Origin: Camelus ferus
Lineage: Eukaryota
Length of the DNA stretch: 64,000 nt
Reading direction: 5' to 3'
NCBI RefSeq assembly: GCF_009834535.1
Contig: NC_045696.1
Location: 5,768,001-5,832,000, forward strand
Positions 28,060-39,481 of the stretch are shown here, piece after piece. The notes under the pieces are model-generated. The model did not search any database. It was not told the origin of the DNA and worked only from the letters and a program-made list of their open reading frames with translations. Each line of letters starts with the position of its first letter. The first letter of the stretch is position 1. The position numbers and the translations under genes are program-made.

Positions 28060-30440
28060 CAGAACTGTCTACTTCCGGTTAATGCTATTTAATTCCCACA
28101 GATATGAGAATTTTGTTCTAGTTTAGCTCCCTTCCCTTCCATATTTATGATGTTACTGTCATACAGATCACATCTTTTTGTGTTATGTTTTATGCAGTTG
28201 TCTTTTAAGTCAGTTAAGAATAAACAAATTATTTACACTGTTACTTATATTTACCTATGTACTTACCTTTCCCCAGGGTATTTTTTTCTTTTTGTGGATT
28301 TGAGTTACCTCTGGTGTCATTTCTTTCCAACCTGAAGTCCTTTAATATTTCTTGTAAGACACATGTGCTATCAGTGAATTCCCTTTGTCTATCTGGGAAT
28401 GTCTTAATTTCACTTTTATTATGTAAGACCAGTTTTGCTGGATATAGGATTCTTAGTTGGCTGTGTTTTTCTTTTAGCACTTTGAATATGTCATCTTCCT
28501 ACTGCTCACCTCCAGTGTTTCTGATGAGAAGTCAGGCAGCTGTTAATCTTACTGAGGTTCCTTCCCTTGTGCATATGGGGTTCTCTCTTCCTGCTTTTTA
28601 GATTTTCTTTTGTCTTTATCTTGGAACTGACCGTGATGTGTGTAGGTGTGGATTTGTTTGAGTTTATCCTTCTTGAAATTTGTCCAACTTTGTGGATGCG
28701 TAATGTTTTTCATCAAATTTAGGTAGTTTTTAGCCATTATTTCTTCAAATATTTTGTTCTGCTCTTTCCTTCTCCTTTGGGGCTCCCATTACACTTAGTT
28801 GTATGTTTAATAGTCTCCAAAAAGCCTTTGAGGCTTTCTTCATTTTTTTCCTTTATGTTCTTCAGACTGGATAAATTTTATTGACCTGCTCTCAAGTTCA
28901 CTGATTCTTATTCAGCTCAGGTTTGCTGTTGGGCCCATTGTGTGAATATTTGTTTCAGTTATTACACTTTTCAGCTCCAGAATTTCTATTTGATTTTTTT
29001 TTTTACAATTTCTATCTCTATTGGTATTCTCTGTCATCATACTTTCCTTTAATTTTATAAATATGATTTCCTTCAGTTCTTCAAACATTTAAAAAATAGT
29101 TGATTTAAATATCTAAATATCTTTAGTCCAACATCTGGATCCTCTCAAAGATAGTTTCTGTTAACTGCACTTTCTGCTGTATATGGGCAGACTTCCCTGT
29201 TTCTTTGTCTCATAATTTTTTATTGAAAACTGGACCTGTTTAATAACAATGTGGCAGCTCTGAAAATAATATCTCTGTCAGGTTTTGTTGTTGCTATTTG
29301 CTGTTAACGTATTAGAGCAGTTCTGGATTCTGATCCTTCTCCCTCAGTGATGGTGGTTGTTGCTAGCTAGTTTGTTCAGTGAGTTGCCTGGACCAGTTCG
29401 GTAGTTTGTCTTCCCTGCAGTTTTTAGCCACTGAAGTCTCTGCTGGTTAAAAACCTTTTTTTCTTTTTCTTTTTCTTTTTCTTTGGGGTTTCTTTTTCTC
29501 TGTCTTTTCTCTTTTTTTCGATTGGTTGTCTTTCTTGGGGAGTCGTTTTAGTGGATGGTGAGGGGAGGCGATTTTGGGAGTTGGGTTGATTTTTTTTTTT
29601 TTTGTTCTTTGGGTGGGTATGTGCTTGTTTTTTGGGTGCTTTTCGTTTTATTTTTCTTTCTTTTTTTTATGTAATTACTTCCTACGTTACTCATCCTAAT
29701 CCCCTCCCTCTCCTCCCTCCCTCCCTCCCTTCCTTCTTTCCTTCCTTTTATCCCTCATCTTTGATCATGTCTTCCTGGATGTCTTCCCTGGCTCAGCATA
29801 GCACAGTAGTCCCAAATTTGTCCTTAAACACTGTTGGGCTTCCACACTTTTTGGAAGGGGTCTGTGTGCGAACTGGGGCAAACCTCACTTTCTGCTTATA
29901 TTTTACCAGATACGAGAGTCTCAAGGTCAGCCAAGGATGAGTAGATAACTGAGCTCTCTCCAGTCTTCCTTGAATATATGTGGGACTTTCCACATCCCCA
30001 GGAAGATATTGGAGCTTTTCAAAGACTCCTGTGATTGTCTCAGTCCCTAGATTTCTCCTTTAAATTTCTGGCTGAGCTCTTTCTTGCTCCAGCCAGTATT
30101 ACAGCCTGAGGCAGTGATGCTGTTGGCCTTCCTGGATTGCAGCAATTTTTATTGCTCTTAGGCATGCAGCTTTTCTGCAAAGCTCCCAGATCAGGCCAGC
30201 TTCTCAAGGCTGTTATGCCACAGAATTGGGGTGTGTGTGACTGGGAGTATCACCAAGCTAAAATGCCAGAGACTTTACTGTTTTTACTTAGATACAGAAG
30301 TTTTTCTTGAATCAGCATTTTTTTAAGATTTGTTATATGCCTCTGATTACTTTCTAGGGTTCTGAAATGGTTCTTGTGGGATATTTTGCCAGTTTTACTT
30401 TTGCTTTTTGGGTGAGAGAATTTGCTGAAGTTTGAGTACA
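28060..30440 (-). mobile_element. Old L1 5' region: decayed ORF1 plus 5'UTR-like sequence
   Basis: ORF 28241..28480 (LKEKHSQLRILYPAKL...EIKTFPD...LQEILK) is the L1 ORF1p C-terminus; boundaries approximate. Confidence 0.75.
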
Positions 30441-30867
30441 TTCCTGCCCCCAGTGTTTAGGATAGCAGGGCCTCATTGACACAGATAAACATACCTATTA
30501 AGTAAGTGACTTAGTCCTGTTCAGCTGCTTTGCAGCCTGTAGTTCACGTACATACATTACAGAGTTTTGTGGGAGTCCTAATTTCAGAATTATAGAAAAG
30601 TTGATGAATAATTCAGAGAGCTCTGTTACAGTCTACCTGGATTCATCAGTTGCTAACATTATGTTACATTTACTTGATTGTTGCTTTTATCATTCTGCTA
30701 TTTTTCTTTACCTTTTAAAACATTCAGGAGAATATTTCCAATGTCATGCCCCTTTCACTCCTAAGTACTTAGTATGGATTTACTAAGAACAAGGTTCCAA
30801 CTACAACTTGTGTTACTACGTTGACACACCAAAATGGCTATTTTTCCCCCCAATTTAGATCCAGTTT

Positions 30868-31849
30868 TTTGTTTTAACTTTTTTTTATTGAGTTTTAGTC
30901 ATTTTACAATGTTGTGTCAAATTCCAGTGTAGAGCACAATTTTTCAGTTATACATGAACATATTCATTGTTGCATTTTTTTTTTGCTGTGAGCTACCACA
31001 AGATCTTGTATATATTTCCCTGTGCAATACAGTATAACCTTGTTTATCTATTCTGCATATGCCTGTCAGTATCTACAAATTTTGAACTCCCGGTCTGTCT
31101 CTTCCCACCCACTGCCCCCTTGGCGACTACAAGTTTGTATTCTGTGTCTGTGAGTCTGTTTCTGTTTTGTATTTATGTTTTTTTTGTTTTTTGGGTTTTT
31201 TTTTTAGATTCCACATATGAGCGATCTCATATGGTATTTTTCTTTCTTTTTCTGGCTTATTTCACTTAGAATGACATTCTCCAGGGACATCCATGTTGCT
31301 GCAAATGGCGTTATGTTGTCGTTTTTTGTGGCTGAATAGTATTCCATTGTATAAATATACCACATCTTCTTTATCCAGTCATCCGTTGATGGACATTTAG
31401 GCTGTTTCCATGTCTTGGCTATTGCAAATAGTGCTGCTATGAACATTGGGGTGCAGGTGTTATTTTGAAGTAGGGTTCCTTCTGGATATATGCCCAGGAG
31501 TGGGATTCCTGGGTCATATGGTAAGTCTATTCCTAGTCTTTTGAGGAATCTCCATACTGTTTTCCACAGTGGCTGCACCAAACTGCATCCCCACCAGCAG
31601 TGTAGGAGGGTTCCCTTTTCCTCACAGCCTCTCCAGCATTTGTCATTTGTGGATTTTTGAATGATGGCCATTCTGACTGGTGTGAGGTGATACCTCATTG
31701 TAGTTTTGATTTACATTTCTCTGGTAATTAGTGATATTGAGCATTTTTTCATGTGCCTATTGATCATTTGTATTTCTTCCTTGGAGAATTGCTTGTTTTA
31801 AGTCTTTTGCCCATTTTTAGATTGGGTTGCTTGTTTTTTTCTTATGTCA
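30868..31849 (-). mobile_element. Young 5'-truncated L1 with 12-bp TSD tagatccagttt, nested in an older L1MC-type fragment
   Basis: ORF 31204..31698 is an intact ORF2 C-terminal segment; TSD at 30856-30867 and 31850-31861. Confidence 0.93.
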
Positions 31850-33160
31850 TAGATCCAGTTTAAGATCATGCATTGCATTTAGTTTCAATGTCTCTTTAGT
31901 CCTTTTTAATCTAGAGTTTTGAAGCTTTGTCTTCTTGATTGATGTTTTTGAAGAGTATGGGTCATTTATTTTATAAAGTGACTCAATTTGAGTTGTGTGT
32001 TGTTACATGAGTTTTTAAAGTTTTTGCTTAATTATTTTTAAAAAACTCTTTCTTTTTGAACCAACAAAGAATCTTCACAGTTCAGAATGCCATAGGATAA
32101 AAAGGAATTACCACCTTGTCTACTGTTAAAAAATCCAGTTTATGATAAGTATAAGCATGTAGTTATTTCTTTTTGTATTACCCTCAAGTTGATATTAACA
32201 GAAGTTAAAATTTTGACATTACAAGCTTGGATTGTCTTTTTTTGTCTTTTTTAATAAAGGGAGGAAATCAAGATAGAACACTTTGTAGTCGTTTCTGTAC
32301 CCCCTCCCCCCTACCATTTGTAACAGGCAGATTGGATTTAATACATGGAAATTAGAAGACTACTTGTCTTTAAAAATGGTCTTATTATATATGGAAGCTT
32401 GAATTTTCTTGACTGTGATAAATGGTTACTGCTTAAAAGAATTGTCATCTTTTTAAAATTGAAGGGTAGTTGATTAATTGTAGTTATCTTTAAGCTCAGA
32501 TGCCTTAGGTACTCCTAAAAGCTCTTTTATCTTTTTGCTTTAAAGGAAAATAGGATTATCTTAAAAAATATAAATATTACCCAGATCTGTAACTTAAAAC
32601 CAAAGATTTTCTTAAACTTCCACTCTCTTTGACCATAATCCATGGCTCAGGGGCCAAACTTGTGAATTGGGCCTTAGACGTAAACAGATTGGTCTCAGGA
32701 AAAAAATACAGCTTGCTCTGATGTTTTTTTTTGCCTCTCATTCTTTCTGTTCAGGCTTTGTTCATTTCTCCTTCTAATTTTATGCTGTTTTTGTGAGCAT
32801 ATAAATAGGAGCCTAGAGGGAAATGTTGTGTCATATTGAGACTCAAATTTGTAATATGAATGAATGCCTGTATCACATAAATGTTGGCTCCCCTTAGCAT
32901 TTAACCCATAGAACCTAAGGTATTCAGTACGATTTTCTGTAACTCTGTTCCTTGGATCATTTGTTCATTACTCTGATTTGGAATAAAATGATGTAAAATT
33001 GAAAGTAAGAGGATAGTAATCCATGCTAGAAGAAGGTGTGAATGATGAATACTTCCTGTCTCGATCATAAAGCTATTCTCAGATTGAGTCATAACACACT
33101 GTTATTTAGCCATCTCTTTGTTTTATTAAGTACTGTTTTATCTTTCCTTTCTTTGACCAG

Positions 33161-33391
33161 AAATATCAAACAGAAGCGGTTAAAATCTCAGGCAAAGGTA
33201 ACTCCTGAGTTGGTAGGTTCTCCTACTCAGTCTGCCTCAAGTAGGGCGGCTTACTCTGCAAGCCACAAGACAAGTGCTAGTGTCTCTTCGGGTGTTACTT
33301 CTGGGGACTCTTCAGATTCAGCAGGGATCATCAGAAAGAATGAGAAGAAATAGACCTGTCACTCGAATAACAAATGGGTCTTCACTATCTG
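33161..33391 (+). CDS. BRWD1: BRWD1 exon ([10 protein letters not shown]...SGDSSDSA / [22 protein letters not shown]) carrying an apparent +1 frameshift at 33324-33326
   Basis: ccag acceptor, g|gtgaga donor; 231 nt, whereas the flanking phases (2 in, 1 out) require 230 nt; BRWD1-like peptide continues in the shifted frame. Confidence 0.92.
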
Positions 33392-34566
33392 GTGAGAAAT
33401 GGAACGTTATGTGTTCAGCTTTTTGGCACTCAAGTGTGTAACATTATTAGTAACTTTCGGTTTTGAGGAAAGAGTAAATAAGACATTGCCTTGACATTTG
33501 AGGAACTTAAAATTGAACAGAAGATACTTAGGTAACAAATAGGGAAAATTAGATTATGTTTGATAAATACTGTTCTTTGCAAATGGTGCAGCCATTTAAG
33601 CAAATTTGAATTTTAAGCAAATTTGAAGCTTTCAAATTTTAAATAATGTGATATAAATATCATACTTGGGTGCAAAATTTGACAATTTAAAATTTCTTTA
33701 AATAAAAAAAGGACATGGTAATCATATAAGCTTAAAGCTAATGACCTAGTAAATTCTGGAATTTTATTCTAAAATGTAATTCCATTTGTTTTATTGCCAT
33801 TTGATAATATAGCTGATGCTGGCCCTTTGTGTGAATGAGGCCACGGTGTGTACGTATTTCTGTATTGCTCTGAGCTATCTTGGTAACTTGTGATAGTGTA
33901 ATAATTACTGTTGTGATTTAAAATAGGATCAAACAGGTAGAATTGCAGCCACATTTTAGAAATCGGCAAGACTTGCAGAAGAGTTTGGGTTACTTAATAG
34001 GGTCCTTTGTTAGGGAATCACGTGACAAATTCTGTTTCAGGAAGACTGATTAATTTGACAGTGATGCGCAGGGAAGGGGAAGAATCTGGAAAAATAGTCA
34101 ACACCTGGGAAGTAGACTACAGTAGGAGCAGTTTCAGAGGAAGAAGCAGTTTGGTGACCGATAGCCCTCTAACACAGCCACTTTCTTCTTTGAAATACTG
34201 GACTTGAAATGATTGTGTTTTTTTCTGTAGGAAGTACCTATTTCTAAGAGAAGAAAGTAGGTAGCAGGGCTAATTAAAATCTTAATGAAAGCTTGTTTAT
34301 AAAATATATAAATTATATTTTCTGAATCCAAACCAGTATTAATATGTTACTTGCAGACAACAAGAGAACAAACGATTTCAGTTGCTGATTGTGTACTTCT
34401 TAATACTAAAATGTTATCCACTGTTCTTTGAAACAATTAAAACAATATTCTCTTCTTCTAAGTATTTTAAGAGTCTGCTTTTAGTCTGTTGTTCCAAAAC
34501 AACTGCTCATGTGTGTAAAGATAGGAGAATATATGTAATGAGCTATTGATGCTTTATTTTTCTTAG

Positions 34567-34734
34567 AAAGTGAAATGGAAGATTCCTTAGGTACCTCTTC
34601 GTCATCTTCAGCTTCAAATAGTTCAGAGGGAAGCAAAGCGAGTTCAAGAGCTCGTGAATCCTCCTTACGTAGTGGGCTGGCCAGGAGCAATAATCTCAGG
34701 GTGACCAGAACCAGAGCGGCTCAAAGGAAAATGG
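34567..34734 (+). CDS. BRWD1: BRWD1 exon ([14 protein letters not shown]...TRAAQRKM)
   Basis: ttag acceptor, g|gtaaga donor; 168 nt, phase 1-1. Confidence 0.96.
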
Positions 34735-34854
34735 GTAAGAAGAGGCTCAGGGGTACTTCAGAGGAATGTATATCAAGAGAATCCAAAAGCTAAATATTGG
34801 CTGGTTTATTGACTTAATGCATCTACATATGATTACATGTCTTTTAGGCTTTTT

Positions 34855-36409
34855 TTTTTTTTTTTGAGGTGTAATTGACGTAAAACGTTTTATTAATTTT
34901 AAGTGTACAGCATAATGATTTGATATTTGTGTACATTACAAAATGATTACCACAATGTCTTTTTACCATGCATCACCATGAATAGTTACAGAAATTTTTT
35001 CTTTTTTCTTTTTCTTGTGAAGCCTTAAGATTTACTCTTAGCAACTTTCAAATATGCAATACAGTATTATTAACTATACTTGCCATGCTGTACATTATAT
35101 GTCCATGACTTACTTATTTTGTAACTGGAAGTTTGTACCCACTCCCTATCTGCCCTAGCAACCACCAGTCTGTTCTCTGAATCTATGAGCTTGTTTTTTG
35201 TTTTACTTTGTTTTGTTTCTGTAGATTCCACATATAAATGAAATCATGTCGTACTGTTTTTCTCTCTGACTTATTTCACATAGCATAATGCCCTCAAGGT
35301 CCATCCATGTTGTCACAAATGGCAGGATTCCATTTTTTTTTTTTCAAATGGCCGAATAGTATTCCATTGTGTATGTTTGTGCGTGTGTGTGTGTATACAC
35401 ACACACACACGTATATGTATGTATACACACATGAGTATATGTGTGTTTACACATGTTTATATGCCTTTATATACACACATATCACATCTTCTCTATCCAT
35501 CCATCCGTCAGTGGACACTTAAGTTGTTTCTGTATCTTGGCTGTTGTAAATCATGCTACAGTGAACATGGGGATGCGTACATCTTTTCAAATTCATGTTT
35601 TTATTTTCTTTGGATAAAAAACTACAAGTGGAATTATTGGATCATATTATGCTGCTTTTGTTAATTTTTTGAGGAACCTCCAGACTTTTCCATAGTGGCT
35701 ATACCAGTTTACATTCCCACCAGCAGTGCACAAAGGTTCTCTTTTCTTTCAAATCCTCACCAACACTTGTTATTTGTTTTCTTACAATAGCTGTTCTAAC
35801 AGGTGTGAGGTGATAGCTCATAGTGGTTTTGATTTGCATTTCTGTGGTGAGGTTGAGCATCTTTTCATGTTCCTGTTGGCCATCTGTATGTCTTCTTTGG
35901 AAAAATGCCCATTCAGATCCTCTGCCTACTTTTTAATTGGATTTTTCTTCGCTGCTGTTCAGTTGTATGAGTTCTCCATGTATTTTGGATATTAACCACT
36001 TATCAGATACATAATTTGCAGACATCTCCCATTTAGTAAGTTGCCATTTCATTTTATTGATGATTTTCTTTGTTGTGCAGGGGCTTTTTAGTTTGATATA
36101 GTTCCACTTGTTTACTTCTGCTTTTGCAGTCAGATCTAAAAAAAATCATTGCCAAGACTGATGTCAGGGATCTTTCTGCCTATGTTTTCTTCTAGTTTTA
36201 TGGTTTCAGGTTGTAAATTCTTTAATTCAGTTAATTTTTGTGTATGGTGTAAGACAGTGGTCTAGTTTCATTCCTTTGTGTGTGGCTGTCTAGTTTCCCA
36301 GCACCATTTACTGAAAAGACTGTCCTTTCCCCGTTTTATATTCTTGGCTTCTTTGTCATAAATTGATTGACCACATATGTGTGGGTTTATTTCTAGGCTA
36401 TTTCTGTTC
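34855..36409 (-). mobile_element. L1MA-like 3' 1.55 kb with internal (TG/CA/TA) low-complexity expansion and degenerate 17-bp TSD
   Basis: T-tail at 34850; antisense L1 3'UTR and ORF2; tgtcttttaggcttttt (34838-34854) versus tgtcctttagacttttt (36410-36426). Confidence 0.85.
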
Positions 36410-36549
36410 TGTCCTTTAGACTTTTTAAATTTAGAAAGGTAATCTGTTTTGGCATTAAACACTAAGGAACAGCTGCATTAAAATAATAAATCATTTAAAA
36501 TGTTGAAATGAGGAAGATCTTTCTAATCTTACCCTTACTTTATTTCTAG

Positions 36550-37446
36550 GTCCAGTTTCTTTAGAAAATGGATGTGGCAGAAAAGCCACTCGAAAGAGAG
36601 TCTATTTAAGTGACTCTGATAACAATTCTTTGGAGACTGGTGAAAGTCTAAAAGCCAGAGCTGGAAATAATCGGAAAGTGCTACGAAAGTGTGCTGCTGT
36701 GGCTGCCAATAAGATAAAGCTGATGAGTGATGTAGAGGAGAATTCTAGCTCTGAAAGTGTCTGTTCTGGCCGTAAGCTGCCTCACCGCAACGCTTCTGCT
36801 GTAGCTAGAAAAAAGTTATTACATAATTCCGAGGATGATCACAGCTTAAAGTCAGAACTTGAAGAAGAGGAGCTAAAAGATCATAATCAAACATTACCAT
36901 TTTCCAGTTCTCATGCTGCCCAGAATACTGAAAATGGAGATTCAGAGTCAGAAAGCAGTTTGCGGGTAGCTCGGAAAAATTGGCATGCTAATGGTTACAA
37001 GTCCCATACTCCAGCTGCTTCTAAAGCAAAGTTTCTTAAAATAGAGTCTTCTGAGGAAGACTCTAGAAGTGATGATTCCGATAACGGATGTAACAGAGCT
37101 GCTGGCCCATCAGCATCTGGGCAGAAACTTAAGGCAGAAAGCGACTCAGACAAAGAGGAGGAAGCAGATTTTGAACCAAGAAAATATGGTGGTAGGAAGT
37201 ACAACGCAGGCCGCAAAAATGCTACTTTCCTTAAAAAAGCAAAGATCTTCAGCGATTCAGAGGACTCTGAAGAACAAGATGGAGAAGACGGTAGATGTCA
37301 TAAAATGGAAATGAACCTGAGTTCAGGGAATTTGAAGCATGAACCTGTTGCTGGGTCCCAGTGTTTCTCAGATCATGTGTCTGAAACTGACTTGGATTCG
37401 GATGATGACAAACAAACAAAAGAAAAACCAGACAGTCTTATGAAAG
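36550..37446 (+). CDS. BRWD1: BRWD1 large exon ([17 protein letters not shown]...KPDSLMK)
   Basis: ctag acceptor, aaag|gtaatt donor; 897 nt open frame (ORF 36630..37478). Confidence 0.96.
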
Positions 37447-38318
37447 GTAATTCAAAACATTTAACCTCAGTTCACTGATTTATTCTCACTGTCCTCCCTT
37501 CTCTGTAGCATAATACATTGTTTTTCCCCCATGAAACTTTGCCACCTGTTTTCTCTCCACTCATACATCCTCCATTAGTCTTTTCTGTGTGTGCATTTAG
37601 TTTTGCTCATGTAACAAGCAGCCTTGGCCATAGCTTTTTTTTATTAAAGATTTCACTTCTTGTATTGGTATGGAGATACTGTATTGGCTGTGGGTTTAAG
37701 AAAAGCAAAGGTGACACACATTTATAAGCTATGGTGATAACAGTTTGAGAAGAGCAAAGAAAAGATAGGTTGAAAGGAATGTGTTACTGACCTGTTTCTC
37801 TTATCAGGAAGTTTTTCTAAATGCTTTACGTTCATTAACTGGTTTAGTCTTCATATCTTATATGACGTAAGTACTATTTCTATCATTGTCCATTTTACTG
37901 ATAATAACTCTGGAGCACAGTTAACTTGCTGAATTATCCTGGTAAATGGAGACTGAAAAATATTAAAGAGCAGGAGGCCTCTAAAGCTAGGATTAAAAGC
38001 AGCATGTGATGGAACTTGCAAAATTAACAAGGTGCAGGGAGGCTGAGAATGAGTAGTTTGCAGACCTTAGTGCAGTGGTAAGAGAGCTTAGTTGTGTTCG
38101 TGTAAGTAAAGTATTTGCGTGTCAAGTGCTTATGCAGCTAGAAAGGCATGGGATGCTGTTGATGGGCTGTATTGCACTTGCTGAGGCTGAAGAAGTCACT
38201 GTTGTGAAGTATTAAAAGCCCAGCCCATTCACTGCCATCCTCCTTCCAAGTTAGAATCCCAAATTTAAGTTGTATAAAATACTGAACATTTAATTCCTTA
38301 ATATTTGCTAATTTTTAG

Positions 38319-39481
38319 ATTCTACATCACAAGACCATGGACAAAGCAGAAAAGTTTCCAGGAAAAGGGTCTGTTCCAGTGACTCAGACAGCAATTCAAA
38401 GGTGGTTAAGAAATCATCAAAAGCCAAAACGGGTCTCCTAAGAGTTCCTCGAAGATGTGCAACCACCGCCGCTAGTAAGATTAAGCTAATGAGTGATGTG
38501 GAAGATGTCAGTTTAGAAAATGTGTGTACTAGCAGCAAAAATGGAAGGAAGAAGGCCCTCCGTTTTGCATGTACCACAGCTAAGAAGACAGTGAGTGATT
38601 CTGAGGGAGAGGTAAGCTGTGAAGTGCCAAATGAACAGTATGCCTGTGAAGGGAGTCCCCTGGAGGCCAACTCACGAGGTAGCACAAAAAGTATTAGCCA
38701 GTCTTTAAACGGAGACTCAGACTCTGAAGGTATGCTGAGTTCAGGACACAAGAACAAGCATACAGGTAGTCACAAAACAAATGTTGCACCTTCTAAAACA
38801 GAGAATTCCTTGATTGGGTCTTCAGAGGAAGATTCAAAAAGCCATATTCCAGAGGGTGAGGTTGGTAGAAAATGTTCTTCTGAGTCGACTTTGGTGCAGA
38901 AAGCTACTGCAGAGAATAACTTTGAAGAGGAACTGAATTACGGGCTGCGCAGGTGGAATGGCAGAAGACTCAGGACCTATGGGAAGGCTCCTTTCAGTAA
39001 GACAAAAGTGATGCGTGGTTCACAGGAAGCAGCCGAGTCAGAAGTAAAAAGGAAGAGACTACGTCCTGAATTGGAAAATGTGAAAGCTTCTGAAACAACA
39101 GGGAGTTCAAAGTGTGGACCTGACACTGGTCCCAAATCTGATTCAGATTTGGGGTCTGCGACTGAATCAGAGGCTGACTGTACTGATGATACAAAAACCA
39201 AAAAGAGGAAAACGAAAGGAAAAGCAAAAGTAGTTAGAAAAGGTAAAACTTTTACAGCTAACATATCTAAAACTGTGAGACGACAAAGACAAAGCAAACG
39301 TCCTAGGTTAACTGTGGATGATAATGACTGGGAGGATTTGGACTATGCAAAGTCTAAAAGAGTTCTTCGACGTTCAAAGATAAAGACGAGAAATCAGGGT
39401 AGAAGGACCGTGAGATACCATGATGGGGATGATGATAGAGGCTTAGAAAATGTGTTAGATTTTGATGATTGCACCTTATGA
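38319..39481 (+). CDS. BRWD1: BRWD1 composite terminal exon: spliced at the 39242|gtaaaa donor (long isoform) or read through to TGA 39479-39481 (…ENVLDFDDCTL*, isoform-B-type C-terminus)
   Basis: ttag acceptor; continuous ORF 38402..39481; internal donor after GKAKVVRK is phase 1, compatible with the 49307 exon. Confidence 0.95.

Noticed and set aside
31204..31698. 164-aa ORF, plus 202-aa and 115-aa ORFs at 62820-63496, as possible genes
   Set aside because: They are C-terminal fragments of L1 ORF2p in 5'-truncated copies lacking promoter, ORF1 and reverse transcriptase
36995..39297. Antisense ORFs (36995..37216, 38308..38757, 38977..39297) opposite the large BRWD1 exons
   Set aside because: Shadow ORFs from codon bias of the sense frame; no independent start, splice or promoter evidence
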